In this document: one piece after another, positions 23,516-37,247 of the stretch
Position numbering within the stretch: position 1 is the stretch's first letter
How the letters are laid out: each line of letters opens with the position of its first letter
Origin: Podarcis vaucheri
Lineage: Eukaryota
Assembly (NCBI GenBank): GCA_965113315.1
Contig: OZ220374.1
Reading direction: 5' to 3' (one strand)
DNA length: 64,000 bases
The notes under the pieces: model-generated
What the model saw: the letters and a program-made list of their open reading frames with translations, nothing else
The model's database searches: none
What the model was told of the DNA's origin: nothing
Translations under genes and position numbers: made by a program

Positions 23516-26500
23516 CCCCTTTCTCACTCCTCCTAAAAATGGATCTAGAACTTTTTCCTGAGTCCTTTTCTTATGCATTCTGTACTTTCCTCCACTTCTG
23601 CCTCTCTTCACTCCCTTATTATATATACATTTAAAATTGGCCACTCTATCTCAGATACATGAGGAATGAAAGCATTTTCCATAATATTAAACCTTTGGCT
23701 TATATGACAGATATCCTCTCCATCTTCCCCTTGCCCTGAAAATGGCTTCAACTGAACATGTAAGAAGCAATAATTTTTAGGTGCTGTTTATTTGTGTTTG
23801 TGTTTTTGGCGGCCTGAGCTCTCCCCCATTTCCCTCTTATCAAATCCCAAGGACTCCAGTTTCGCTGTTTAATAATGAAATGTGGTCTGACTTTCTCAAA
23901 TAATTATTTGGATTCAGGACTCCTGTGAAAAATATTAGATTGTTACAAGACATAAAATGAAGAGAATATTAATACACTATAGATAGGGGGAAATCCTTGA
24001 TGGAAGGTTTGTTACATTCAGGATCTAAGGTAGCACATTCCTCTTTTTAGATGTGATTCCTTCCAACAGCAGGAACCTGGAAGATCTTTACCTTCTCACA
24101 GAGCAGTCCTTTACTCTTGAAACTTTATAGTCAAGCTTGATCCATACCAAGTGATATATGGCGGGAGCCGGGGGAGAGCATTCTAGTCCTCTTTAGGCAT
24201 TCAGAAATAATGTGTAAATATCAAATTGGGGGTGAAAAAGAGGCAGGCAAACCAGGTATGCCCATACCATTCCCAGCCTTCCTGTGTTGAGCAGGAAGAT
24301 CTGAAGGGGGCTTCTACGTGTGTACAGCTGAACATGAATATTCAACCGAACGTTCAGACCTTGCAAATAAATTTGTGAAGGACAGAGATAGAGTGGGTGT
24401 ATCTGCTGTGTGCATTTTAATATTGGGCCTGTGTTGTGCCGTTTGCAATGTTTATAATGATAGCTTTATTCTGAAGTGCCTTGAGCATGTAGCATGTAGA
24501 ATATGCACATAACACAAAGTAAATCACAGAAAATGTGATTTATACTAAAATCCCACCATTATTTCATCTACAAAACTAGTCCTGGTGGATGAAAGTTACT
24601 TTCATTTTCTAAAATGTTCCTTGATGGCAAAGCAACTGGTATCTTTAGTTTACCAAATAAAAAATGTAGAGCTAGGAAACAGAAATGTATTGTGGCGCTT
24701 ACCCATAATACACTTATTTCAATAAATAATTTTCCAGATGCTGGTTTCATGTGTGTGACTGACCTGAAGTGGATTAAGAGAGAAGAGGCTAGGTCAGCTG
24801 AGACACTAGTTGTTTTGGCATTTGTATCTTCACCTATGCATTAGTTTCTCTTGGTCTGCAGTGGTATTCCAGAAACAGCGTTCCACTACTTGGTAACAGA
24901 AGGCAAAGGAGCCCTGTTTGCTCTGCTGGGTTGTTGAGTTGCTCCTATGAGCTGAGGGTTGCTTAGGGGAATGGGAGATGTATTAGAGGGCTATCTTGAA
25001 GAGCAGCAGCAACGAATTCATCCTCTCATTGCTCAGATGCATACTGTTGATGCAAATGAAGAGAAAGCTTTGACAAGTAGTTTCCACGCACCCTTGAATT
25101 TCTGCCTCTGCTGGGAACTCTCAGCAGGAAATCCTCCACATGTTTTCCTTTAACGTACAACAACTTAAGAGAACTGTCTCATTCTGATTCAAATATCTGC
25201 ATGTAGCAGTAACATAACCTAAGCAGGGCGATGATAAACGTCACTGCCGATAAAAGGAGCACAGTGATTCGACTGGAGTGAATATTCGGCCATATAACAC
25301 TGAAAAGAAGAAATCTTAACAATCAACACTCGAGGGCCCTTTAAAAAGAGTAAGTGTGGCTACATTTTGGGTATGCTGAAAAAGGAAACTCTTGAAGATG
25401 TTGAAACGATTCCTCTACATCCCCAAGGAGCAGAGCAAGGCTGTTACTGGATGCTTTACATTACTCTGCTAATTCTGGCTTATTTTAACGGGAACAAAAA
25501 AATCTGGCTTACTTTAACAACAAAATTGTAAGTAAGTTTTTTAAATACACAGTTTTTACTTTGGCACAAAATTACGTGGCTAGGGTTTTTGCATGCAGAA
25601 AAAGTGTTTTATGCACTCTGTGAAAGTTTTGTGCCCTTTCTGCAATACGACTATAATTAAAGTTTTGGTTTGTTACCCGTAACTATCTTTGAATTCTTAA
25701 TTACCATTTCCTGCTTACAAATATGTATACAAACAGTCACATTTTAATAATTAAGGTGGTTGCATATTGCTTTGCGGTGCTAAAGACTACAGGTTCAAAT
25801 GTAATGAAAAAATGAAAAACCAATTTGTGGCATTTTGCTTAATGTGTGAAATAAGTCAAAACAATTATCCCACAAATGGTTTGAAACATTAGAAAGCACA
25901 GTCTTTGAACGTAATGCATTGAACATGGTACTTGTGTCACCATATTTTGTTTTGTTTGCCTGTAGTTTATTTCTCAGAACTGGAAAGAGTAAAGAAAAAG
26001 AAAAAAGAGGATGCAAGAAAACCATTTTCATACTTTTATATATAGTTTCAAAGAAGGGGCTCACAAAAATGAGGTTTTAAAACACATCCCGCTCCAGCAT
26101 TGATGATTTTGAAGTTCTGGCTGAAATGAGCCACGGAACCAGTTGAGTGCTGATTCACACCTGTATTTTTGAGACAGTAAAGTCTCCCGAAAGTGATGAT
26201 GGAATCCAGTTTTCCTATGAGTGGGTACAATCCTGAAAAACTGAAAAGTTACTGCCTCTGATGAACACACTAAAGTAAATCATGCATTGATTGTTTTAAT
26301 CTAATAAAGTATTCACTTCAGCACTTGGTGTGCCACTAAAATAATGAAAGGCTGTTTCAATAAGACTAGCTACTTAAAAGGGTATGCGAGACAGGTAGGT
26401 GTGATTTGGGTGGGCAGCTGGACGGATGACAACTGAAAATTAAGAAAATATGCACTCTTACATAAAGCATGTGGTTTTTAGAGCTCATAATTCTGGTTAC

Positions 26501-28201
26501 CTTAATTTTTTTAAAAAAAATTAATGACTTGGCAATGAAAGGAAGTTGCCAAGTATGATTTCATATGAATGCCTTCAGGAATAGATTCCTGCCAAGGCCA
26601 GGGCATAGACCTGAAAAGGACACTAACCTAGTAGCAAATCATTGTCCCCTAACCCCAAGCAGAGCACTTCGTACTGCTCTAAATTTAAAGAAGGCAGCCT
26701 ACCCCCAAAGCAATGAAACAATCCCTCCCTTAGTATTTCCAGGGCAGTTGTCCCTTCTGTCAGGGTCCAAACAGACATGATATTACATTCAGTCATTCAT
26801 GGAAGGTATCTGTTTCCTCTTTAACAATAGCAACTGGAGGTGGGCAGCTGGACTGAAACTATGGAGTACGTGGAGTTTAAAGCATTACTCCCTATACTGT
26901 CAAACATTGGACACCCTCACCCCAAAAGTGCCCTTTGTGTTGGAAGGGGAAGGTTCCCTTGGCCCCAGCCGATGTCGCTAACCAAAGGCAACATTCCTAC
27001 TACACTGATAATAGCCAGAATTTGCTTTGCAGTGCAGGGGAAATTCCTTAACACCTCAGCATGTTATTGGCTCAGTGTATGGCATGTTTAGGCTACTGGT
27101 AGCCAACATGGTGTTTTTCAGATGTTGCTGGACTCAAACTTGCATCATCCCGGTCCCTTTCACATTCTGCTTGGGGCTGGTAGGAATTGTTGTCCAGCAA
27201 CTTCTTGGGTGGTGGTGTTCCCTTGGTTTAAGCCTTTTCTGAGCAAAATTGCCAAAATAGTCAAAAGGCCCTTTAGCTTCTTTCTCATGTGGTTTCTGCA
27301 ACCTGCGACTGTTGTTAACAAAGGACAGAATGTCAAAGGGAACTGAGATGAAACACACACCCATACCAATGTCAGTTTTACATATGCATTATAGACCAAT
27401 ATAAGAAAAACCTGATTAGAGCCCTTTGTACTTACCAAATAGGAGGAGTCTTTGAGTAAGAAAGCTTTGAAAAAGGTGAAAAATTGGAAAGGTGAAACGG
27501 CACATAATAAGGATTTACATTGGGCCAGACAGCCTTCTATTCTGGTGGGGGCACTGATTTGCAGGCAGAAGCTATAGCTCCCATGATAAGGTTTAGCTGA
27601 GCCAAGGCACATAAGCCCTGTCTGTAGAAAACAGCTGTGGTACACAAATATGAGGAAATGTAGCCTTTATTACTAATCCACACTGTTCAGTCAAGCCTGA
27701 AGATATTCTTCCTGCTTCTATAAAATCTCTGATGCATTTTGGGTCTTATGGCTCTTTTCCAAGGGCGAATAACGTAACTTTGGAAAGCTCTGTTCAGTGT
27801 TTGCTTGAACTCACAGGATGAACAGGAGGATTGAGAGATATTAATGAGGAATTTCTCACCAATTGTGCCCTGCCGAAGCTAAAAGATGTGTAATCCATAC
27901 TTCTGCATGGAATGCCTTTTACATTAACTTCAGAGTCCAGGACATCTCTGAGCAGGCTTGCATAGGTGGAGACATCCCAGCATTGAAGTGAACTGGGTAG
28001 CATGTACATGCATGAGCGGCACATAAGTTTCTGTTCTTTGGCTGCTATTTTTATTTTATGCATTCTTGCTAGAACAGCTTTCCCCATCCTGGTTTCTCCC
28101 GTAGTTTTGGACCGCAATGCACACCAACCCCAGCCCACATGCCCACTGACTGGAGCTGGAATTCAGAACAGCCTGCAAAAGTTAGGCAGGATTCAGGAGG
28201 G

Positions 28202-28251
<50 letters not shown>

Positions 28252-28843
28252 TTTTATTTATATCCCGCCCTCCCCAGCCGAAGCCGGGCTCAGAGCGGCT
28301 AACAACAGTAAAATGATAAAACATTCTAAAATCATTTCATTATAAAATTAATTCCAATCAAATTAATGGCAACCATTGGGCTAGAAGTTCTGTGAGGATT
28401 GCCAAAGGAGGGAGTCAGGCTGTGCCCTGGCCAAAGGCCTGGTGGAACAGCTCTGTCTTGCAAGCCCTGCGGAAAGATGTCAAGTCCCGCAGGGCCCTAG
28501 TCTCTTGTGACAGAGCGTTCCACCAGATCGGAGCTACAGCCGAAAAAGCCCTGGCTCTGGTTGAGGCCAGCCTAACCTCCCTGTGGCCCGGGACCTCCAA
28601 TATGTTTTTGTTTGAAGTTCCTCTGTGGGACATACCAGGAGAGGCGGTCCTGTAGGTACGAGGGTCCTAGGCTGTATAGGGCTTTGAAGGTTAAAACCAG
28701 CACCTTAAACCTGATCCTGTACTCCACTGGGAGCCAGTGCAGCTGGTATAGCACCGGGTGAATGTGGTCTCGCAGTGAGGACCCCGTAAGGAGTCTCGCC
28801 GCTGCATTCTGCACCCGCTGGAGTTTCTGGGTCAGTCTCAATG
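28202..28843 (-). mobile_element. L2 LINE 3' fragment (family A) with trinucleotide tail
   Basis: KLQRVQNAAARLLTG...DHIHPVLYQLHWLPVEYRIRFKVL and RAFSAVAPIWWNAL (L2 ORF2 C-terminus); microsatellite tail 28202-28250. Confidence 0.93.
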
Positions 28844-29461
28844 GTGCAAGGGAAACAGTGCTGGGAGCCACGCGCCTTGCTGCCCCTGTAGAACCAGAAG
28901 CAATACACGAGCAGGGGAAACGATCCAGCAGTTCAAATGGAAAGTGGCTGCAGAGCAAGCCATGGATTGAGTGCCCCCTGGAGGCCTGCTCACTCGTGAT
29001 TCGCTAATTCAGCAAGCGGGCGGGATTTATTTCCCAGGCTGTAAACTCAGCACGCAGGCTTTGTTTGCTGCCTAGGAAAGCATACGCAGGGCAGATTCTT
29101 CAACGCAGGGAGGAGAAAGAGGTGGCGGTAGAGTATACTGCCACGTACTGGCTGAAACAAAGCCCTGGCCCTAGTCAGTGAGACCAGTGAGTGGTCAGGG
29201 ATAATTGTAGTAGTAGTTCTCAACGACTGGAAGGCGCCACAACTTTCAGCTACTCCTGGGCAACTGTGCTGGCTGGGGCTGAGTGGTGAAGTCTCAGAGT
29301 CCTCTCTGGGTGCAGGCAGGAATGAGGTGTGCAGGCACAGCAATGTTTCTGAACTGTGGCCAGGTTGGGTGCAAAGGAGGCTTTGTCTGGTCAGCAGAGC
29401 AACATTTTCCATTTCCTGCTTTTGAGGCTCTACTGTCTTAACTCTTCCAGCCCAAATTTTC

Positions 29462-29569
29462 AGGCTTTTAATGTTTAATAGGTTATTGTATTTTAGTGTT
29501 TTGTTGGAAGCTGCCCAGAGTGGTTGGGGAAACCCAGCCAGATGGGTGGGGTATAAAATAATAATAATG

Positions 29570-29622
<53 letters not shown>
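29462..29622 (+). mobile_element. L2 (family B) 3'-UTR fragment with (AAT)n tail
   Basis: ggaagctgcccagagtggttggggaaacccagccagatggg shared with the 49666 and 53031 copies. Confidence 0.88.
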
Positions 29623-29674
29623 TTCTGAAGCCCCAGAGAGAGATATGTTAGGATATTTATTGTACTTGTGTACA

Positions 29675-30028
29675 GTAAAGGGTAAAGGGACCCCTGACCA
29701 TTAGGTCCAGTCGTGGCCGACTCTGGGGTTGCGGCGCTCATCTCGCTTTATTGGCCAAGGGAGCTGGCGTACAGTTTCTGGGTCATGTGGCCAGCATGAC
29801 AAAGCCGCTTCTGGAGAACCAGAGCAGCGCACGGAAACGCCGTTTACCTTCCCGCCAGATCGGTTCCTATTTATCTACTTGCACTTGATGTGCTTTCAAA
29901 CTGCTAGGTTGGCAGGAGCAGGGACCGAGCAACGGGAGCTCACTCGGTTGCGGGGATTCGAACTGCCGACCTTATGATCGGCAAGTCCTAGGCTCTGTGG
30001 TTTAACCCACAGCGCCACCTGTGTCCCC
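29675..30028 (-). mobile_element. Sauria SINE, full length
   Basis: Reverse ACCTTT-like tail, body and tRNA-like head nearly identical to the 10773 copy. Confidence 0.95.
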
Positions 30029-33000
30029 TCCCAGCTACTAGTCTGACACTAATCACTACACCACTCTGGCTCTCAATGAACACATTTTCCAGGTCTAGAT
30101 TTGGGTACAACTGTCCACAGCTATGGCCTACCCTACAGGCAGCTTAACCACCAATAATGGAATATTAGAACTCAGTTCTCTTTGAACTGGCTTGTCAATT
30201 TCCTGCAGCTCCCAGAAGAAGAAAACCCCCAGAAAAACTTGGCAAAAATTCCTAAGCCAATCTGTGTATTTGGGGAAATGTCGCCGCTTCCCACCAGCCC
30301 ATCAAGAATACTCTCTTTCCTTACCTTGAAGGTGTGTGTGTGAGGGAGAGAAAGAAAAGAAGGAGTCCTGCCTCTCCTATTGTCCCTGATGACTCAGTAT
30401 GCTGTTTGTTAACTAGCACAACAGGCAATGGATAGGAGGTTTGGTAGAATGGCTTGCAGGGGTGGGAGGAAGGCTGAGGGGAGAAGGATGCTGAAGCAGA
30501 TGTTGAGACTCTTTGGTCCTCCAGATGTTGCTCAAATTCAGTTGCCATCAGCCCTAGCAAACAAAGCAAATGGCCAGGGATGATCAAAATCTGGTTCAGC
30601 AAACTCTGAAGGGTCAAAGGTTCCACACACTTGCCCTCAAGTTTCCTTCCAAACCTGAGTTCAGTGAAGTTCACCAGCATCTCTAAGAATGACGTGGGTT
30701 GTTGTTGTTGCTTTTAAATTGAACTGGAAAAGTTTCAGTTTGTATTGGTAAATTTGTAGTGAGTAATTTAGCATGCTTATTTTCACCAAAGCTAAAACTT
30801 CTAAACTGCCAACCTTGCCTAATACTGATTTGCGACTGGCATCCATTCATTGTTACCAGTTGAACTTATGAAACATAATTTTCCACAGAAAAACAAAGCC
30901 CTGGGAAAAAATTCCACCCACATTTCAGATCTCTAGCCCATTAAACTGTTGCTTTCCCTTCTGTTTAAGCCCTGCAGCAACAGTTTACCCTCCTGTGCAC
31001 AATTTCTCCATGCATTCACCACAAGACAATTTTCATGATTTGTTATTATATGTGTCACAAGTGGAATATGTTAGAGAATAATATTTCAGTAAAGCAGAAT
31101 ATGTGCCAAAGCATTGCCATTATACTGCACTTGATTTGCAGAAATGAATATTTAAGTTGAAAGGTGGGCATTATTGCTTGCAGTTAAGTTTTGTGGCAGC
31201 ACTAGCTCAATCTGGGAATTGGAAGCAGTAATGAAATCTTTTTGGAAGCAACAGGTTAACAGTTGAGAAATGCTGAAAGAATGCTAAGAGGGTCCTTGGA
31301 CATAAACATATATCTACAGTATATGTATATATGAATATTCATGCTACGATGGCGGCTGGGCAATTTATCTCTAATAAGAACCCATTGCATTAAATAAATT
31401 GCAAGTCTGTTGATTCGCATTGGGTGTTTTTGGATTGAGATGGAGTCAGCTGGCTTCACGATCAGAGCACAGACGCGGAATCCTATTATTTTCTTAATTA
31501 AGAATTACTGTCAGGAACACTTGACAGTGGCATATAATGCCAATAATCCAATGCAAAATAGTTGTTGTTTTAGCTCATAAGCAGTTTGTTGTGGAATTAA
31601 CCCCAACTTCACCTTTGTTGGCTGGGGTAGCTGTTGGACAATCAGAAATGTTTGTTTCTCGGGAGGTCATTTTAAAGTTGCAGTTTGTTTGCATGTGTGA
31701 ATGTATATATTATACCTATCTCTTTTTTCACTTTAAAATTACCGTTGGAGAGAAATGCAAGATCTTTTAATTGATAGCGGTCAGAATTTAAAACAGTTGT
31801 GCTGACTGGAAAAAAAAATCATTCACTTCTTTTGTTGATCTTGCACACTGATGCACACGACCTACTAATGTGATTCTTGGCGTCCCATACAAAACCACTC
31901 ATCCGTGCTGGATGTGAAAGCAGCTTCCTGGTCTGTACATGTGCTGTGTCGCATTCCTCTGGTTTTCTAACAAAGCTTTTAATTGGTATGCTGTGACTAA
32001 TGAGCATGAAGTCCCAGAGGAAATGGAGCAGAATTTTCTATTATCCACCAGGATGAACTTAGCACATAGATTATCAGGGCTTCAACTCTGGGATAAATCA
32101 GGGTGAAAGTCTCCAAATACAGTGCAATAATAATTGAACGTTTCTTTCATAAAATTACACTAATCAATTTTAGCTGAACTGTGTCATGCATGGACTACCC
32201 TGAGCAGTGCCATGTATTGACCTTTTCAGCAAGAAAGAAATGTTTTACTACAGTTCATAGCAGTGACTTTGTGCTGAAAATATTGGCTTCTTCTTCTTCC
32301 CATTCCTGGCCTGCCCACTGAAGTCACTCCTTAATATTACCGAAGCAGAATTGATTATTCTTTTCAGAGGAAAAGGGTTGCAGGCTTCAACCACTTGGAG
32401 TTTGGTGGGAAGGAAAGCTGCAAATCACAGCATCCAGGGAAAACCCTCAGGTGATGAACTTGTGTCACTAATGACAGGCCTTTCACCACAGGGTGCGCTG
32501 TTCATTGCTGCCTTTCTGGATTGTGACCAAAGTCTACTTTAGTCCAGAGTTTCCCAGACTTGAGGCTCTACTCCAAGTAATGTCCCATAATGAAATGGGC
32601 ATATTTGCACTTAATGAGTGAATCAACTTAAATACTGTGTTATATATAACTATAAGCATAATTGTGTTTAGTAAGTGTATACACACTATACGTTAGTATA
32701 GGTGCTGTACACCATGCTTATGTGGTTTGATGAGACAAAAATTGGGGCATGCTGTGTATATCCAGCTTTTGGTGTTAGTGGAACAGTTCTGAGCACAGTT
32801 CCTGCACACTTCCCACTCCGTTTCCAATATAGACTCTTAGTCGTATCACATCCCTCCGGAAATTCAGATGGATATATTGTTTGTTATACGGGGTAGACAG
32901 GAGGCAAACATCAGAGCAAATAAAGCTATGAATTGAATATTTGTGGAGCCCAGAAGGTATGTAACTTCATTTTGTACAGTATTAAAAACTCAAAAGAGAT

Positions 33001-33849
33001 TTGAGAATCCTTGCGGAGGTTCATGTGACCATGCTCCTGAAACCTCAATTTGTGCCTTCAGTTTGTTTACAACAGACATTCACGCTACCAGCACAAACCA
33101 GTCAGCCCCATAAATTATGCTAACTCTTGAGTTATTTATTTATCCTAATTATTAATTCAATAGTGTCCAGTAATGTATCTCCATTAGCACCTTGTAAACT
33201 AAAGTCCATTGATCTGATAGCTTGTGGCTGTTGGAAGATTCCCAACTTCAAACCATTTTTGCCTGTTTTCCTTGGCAAACTCTTATGAATGGCATTCTTC
33301 CAGTGAGTTACCTAACTGGTCATAAATAGGTGTGACTAGAGGACTGTCAGCTCAGAAAGTAAAGTGGATGCTCACAGGAAGTTGCATTTTCAGTCCTTTG
33401 GATCTTGCAGTGTATTTTTAAGCTTTTCAGTTAAAATCCTTGACATAGATTTTGTAAAAAAAAAGTAAATAAATGCAAATTTTTAGCTGGATTCAAAGTG
33501 CTGGGGGGAAATAGTTATTCTTTCCTTTCATGTTAATAGGGGCAAGTACCTAAATGATCAAGGTCCATTTGCTTTCTTTTTTATAAGGTGTTGAAGGTCA
33601 GGACTAGTGATCTAAATTATGATGAGAATGCAAAAGAAACTAATGGTGGTCTTGTGGCATTGGTGCCTCTATTTAGTGTGACTGATGTTCTCTGGCACGG
33701 GTTATTGCACTCCTTGGTCCAGTTTGAGATGTTAATGCTCACCAGAGATCTCATCGTGGCCAGGGTTTACAAAACCTGGTTCATAGTTAGCATGTATTAT
33801 GGTTACAATAAGTACGGTACATCTGTAACTCATGACCATGGCTGTGGGG

Positions 33850-34027
33850 AGGGGCTGTAGCTCAGTGCATACTTTGCATGCAGAAAGTCCAGGTTAAAAC
33901 CTTGGCATCTCCTGGTATGACTAGGAAGAGGTCTGTCTGAAATCCTGGAGAGCCAATGCCAGTCAGTGTCAACAGTACTAGAGGGACCAGTGATCTGACT
34001 CTACATAAGGCAGTTTCTTCTGTCCCT
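33850..34027 (+). mobile_element. tRNA-derived SINE (Squam3-like)
   Basis: ggggctgtagctcagtg head, ttgcatgcagaaagtccaggtt B-box region, CR1-like tail gatctgactctacataaggcagtttcttctgtccc. Confidence 0.75.
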
Positions 34028-34180
34028 CCCCATGTTGATGTTGTCTGTGTTCAGATGTAACACTAAACTGGGGTTTAGCATTTCTTGAACAAGCCTTGGG
34101 CTCACAACCGTGCCTCTCCCCTACAATTCCAGTATAGCTGTGAGGAGAAGGGCAGAAGTTTTGGTTTCCATTTCCAAGTA

Positions 34181-34406
34181 CAGTGGTACCTCGGGTTACA
34201 TACGCTTCAGGTTACACACTCCGCTAACCCAGAAATAGTGCTTCAGGTTAAGAACTTTGCTTTAGGATAAGAACAGAAATCGGGCTTCAGCAGCGCGGCG
34301 GCAGCAGGAGGCCCCATTAGCTAAGGTGGTGCTTCAGGTTAAGAACAGTTTCAGGTTAAGAACAGACCTCCGGAACGAATCAAGTACTTAACCCGAGGTA
34401 CCACTG
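34181..34406. mobile_element. Tc1/mariner MITE (opposite orientation to the 15423 copy)
   Basis: TIRs cagtggtacctcgggtta / taacccgaggtaccactg, TA on both sides. Confidence 0.93.
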
Positions 34407-35400
34407 TAGCTGCTTTTTGTCATTATGTTCAAACCAGGACAAACTTCAGATTGTGGGTTCTGGCGTGGGCCTGTTTCCCTAAGCCATAGTTAAGATCAGC
34501 CACAATTCCAGGTCCGCACATAACAACAAACTATGGTCAGTTGAAAATGGAATGATATTTCCTCCTTACAGCACTGTCCCATGATGAAGTGAGGCAGGAA
34601 CTTCCAAACCCTATTATTGCCAAGGAGATGGTAGTGGCAATTACCACATGGGAAGGGCTGAGAGTAGAAACAGCAAACCCTGGTGTAAATCACTGCTATT
34701 CAGCATGTGATGAAAATCCAACCAACACACTTCATTGTAAAGCAGAAAAGAACATGATTAGGTCTTAAATGAGCACGCAGCTATTCTAACGGGGATGCAA
34801 TGACCTAAAATTAGAAATAAAAACATTTTTCAGTAGGTGCAAATATTTGTAATATAAATGTGTAGCTGACGTATGCTAAGTTTTTTTATGATTTCACAGC
34901 TGGCTTCAACATCCCCACGTGCAATGCTATTGATTCAGGGCTGCAATCTTGGCATATTCATGCAGAGAGCAGCAATTCAACATGCGAATGACCTTGCTCA
35001 GTTTTAAAAGGAACAAATGCTATGGAAGGGCTTGTAGTGTGTGGCAGGATGTTTAATCAGTTTCTTTGCTTTAAGGAACAGTAGGAAGGAAATGGTGTGT
35101 TAAATATTGTAACTCCTTATGCATCTTAACTGGCTACACCAGGATCTTAGGACAATGGGAGATCCATCCCCCCCCTCAAAGGAACTTCCTACAGCCCCCT
35201 CTATTTTTAGATACTTAATGGCATTGTCCCTTCACTGCTAACTGTTTTTCTTCTCTGCTTCCTGCCACCCCCACCTGCTTTCTGTCTTCTGGTTGCCCTT
35301 TTAAGGTCTTTCCCTTTCGTTTATATCCAGGATAAATTATTTACATTACCAGTTGGGTGCACATTTTCACAAGGGAAAAAGATAAAAAAGGAAAAAGGCA

Positions 35401-36865
35401 GTCATCTTTGAGAATTCCTGGAGAACAGGCGAAGTCCCGGCAGACTGGAGGAGGGCAAATGTTGTCCCTATTTTCAAAAAGGGGAAAAGAGAGGACCCAA
35501 ATAATTACCGCCCAGTCAGTCTGACATCAATAGCAGGGAAGATTCTGGAGCAGATCATTAAGCAAACTGTGAGCACCTAGAAAGGAATGCTGTGATCACC
35601 AATAGTCAGCATGGATTTCTGAAAAATAAGTCATGTCAGACTAACCTGATCTCGTTTTTTGACAGAATTACAAGCCTGGTAGATGAAGGGAACGCAGTGG
35701 ATGTAGCCTACCTTGATTTCAGCAAGGCATTTGACAAGGTGCCTCATGATATTCTTGTAAAGAAGCTGGTAAAATGAGGTCTTGACTATGCTACCACTCA
35801 GTGGATTTGTAACTGGCTGACTGACCGAACCCAAAGGGTGCTCATCAATGGTTCCTCTTCATCCTGGAGAAGAGTGACTAGTGGGGTGCCACAGGGTTCT
35901 GTCTTGGGCCCGGTCTTATTCAACATCTTTATCAACGACTTGGATGATGGACTCAAGGGCATCCTGATCAAATTTGCAGATGGCACCAAACTGGGAGGGG
36001 TGGCTAACACCCCAGAGGACAGGATCACACTTCAAAACGACCTTGACAGATTAGAGAACTGGGCAAAAACAAACAAGATGAATTTTAACAGGGAGAAATG
36101 TAAAGTATTGCACTTGGGCAAAAAAAATGAGAGGCACAAATACAAGATGGGTGACACCTGGCTTGAGAGCAGTACATGTGAAAAGGATCTAGGAGTCTTG
36201 GTTGACCACAAACTTGACATGAGCCAACAGTGTGACGCGGCAGCTAAAAAAGCCAATGCAATTCTGGGCTGCATCAATAGGAGTATAGCATCTAGATCAA
36301 GGGAAGTAATAGTGCCACTGTATTCTGCTCTGGTCAGACCACACCTGGAGTACTGTGTCCAGTTCTGGGCACCACAATTCAAGAAGGACACTGACAAACT
36401 GGAACGTGTCCAGAGGAGGGCAACCAAAAGGGTCAAAGGCCTGGAAACAATGCCTTATGAGGAACGGCTAAGGGAGCTGGGCATGTTTAGCCTGGAGAAG
36501 AGGAGGTTAAGGGGTGATATGATAGCCATGTTCAAATATATAAAAGGATGTCACATAGAGGAGGGAGAAAGGTTGTTTTCTGCTGCTCCAGAGAAGCGGA
36601 CACGGAGCAATGGATCCAAACTACAAGAAAGAAGATTCCACCTAAACATTAGGAAGAACTTCCTGACAGTAAGGGCTGTTCGACAGTGGAATTTGCTGCC
36701 AAGGAGTGTGGTGGAGTCTCCTACTTTGGAGGTCTTTAAGCAGAGGCTTGACAACCATATGTCAGGAGTGCTCTGATGGTGTTTCCTGCTTGGCAGGGGG
36801 TTGGACTCGATGGCCCTTGTGGTCTCTTCCAACTCTATGATTCTATGATTCTATGATTCTATGAT
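35401..36865 (+). mobile_element. 5'-truncated CR1 LINE (RT domain to 3' end), inactive
   Basis: WRTGEVPADWRRANV, YRPVSLTS, YLDFSKAFDKV and [10 protein letters not shown] motifs; (ATTCTATG)n tail; frameshift at about 35567, stop at 35775, catalytic FADD changed to FADG. Confidence 0.97.
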
Positions 36866-36923
36866 AAAGCACACATGTGTAAATCCCAATCTATCAGAAT
36901 GTATCTTTAAAATACTACATTAA

Positions 36924-37247
36924 AGGTAAAGGTAAAGGGCCTCCTGACCATTAGGTCTAGTTGTGGCCGACTCTGGGGTTGCGGCGCTCATCTTGCTTTA
37001 TTGGCCGAGGGAGCCGGCATACAGCCGCTTCTGGCGAACCAGGGCAGCGCACGGAAACGCCGTTTACCTTCCCGATGGAGTGGTACCTATTTATCTACTT
37101 GCACTTTGACGTGCTTTCAAACTGCTAGGTTGGCAGGAGCAGGGACCGAGCAACGGGAGCTCACCCTGTCGCGGGGATTCGAACTGTCGACCTTCTGATC
37201 GGCAAGTCCTAGGCTCTGTGGTTTAACCCACAGTGCCACCCGCATCC
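36924..37247 (-). mobile_element. Sauria SINE with internal deletion
   Basis: Reverse (ACCTTT)n tail; body matches other copies but lacks the gtcatgtggccagcatgac block. Confidence 0.93.

Noticed and set aside
28139-29741. Poly-Ile, poly-Leu and poly-Asn ORFs (also at 425, 49559 and 53100)
   Set aside because: They are translations of (AAT)n/(ATT)n microsatellites
33850-33915. tRNA gene
   Set aside because: The cloverleaf is incomplete and continues into a SINE body and tail; the same applies to the Sauria SINE heads
35270-35400. Strong polypyrimidine tract and CAG acceptor at about 35330
   Set aside because: No convincing coding frame or donor follows before the CR1 insertion; at most a cryptic acceptor
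35838-36776. 312-aa reverse-transcriptase ORF as a host or domesticated gene
   Set aside because: It is a truncated CR1 ORF2 with a mutated catalytic motif, upstream lesions and a CR1 tail
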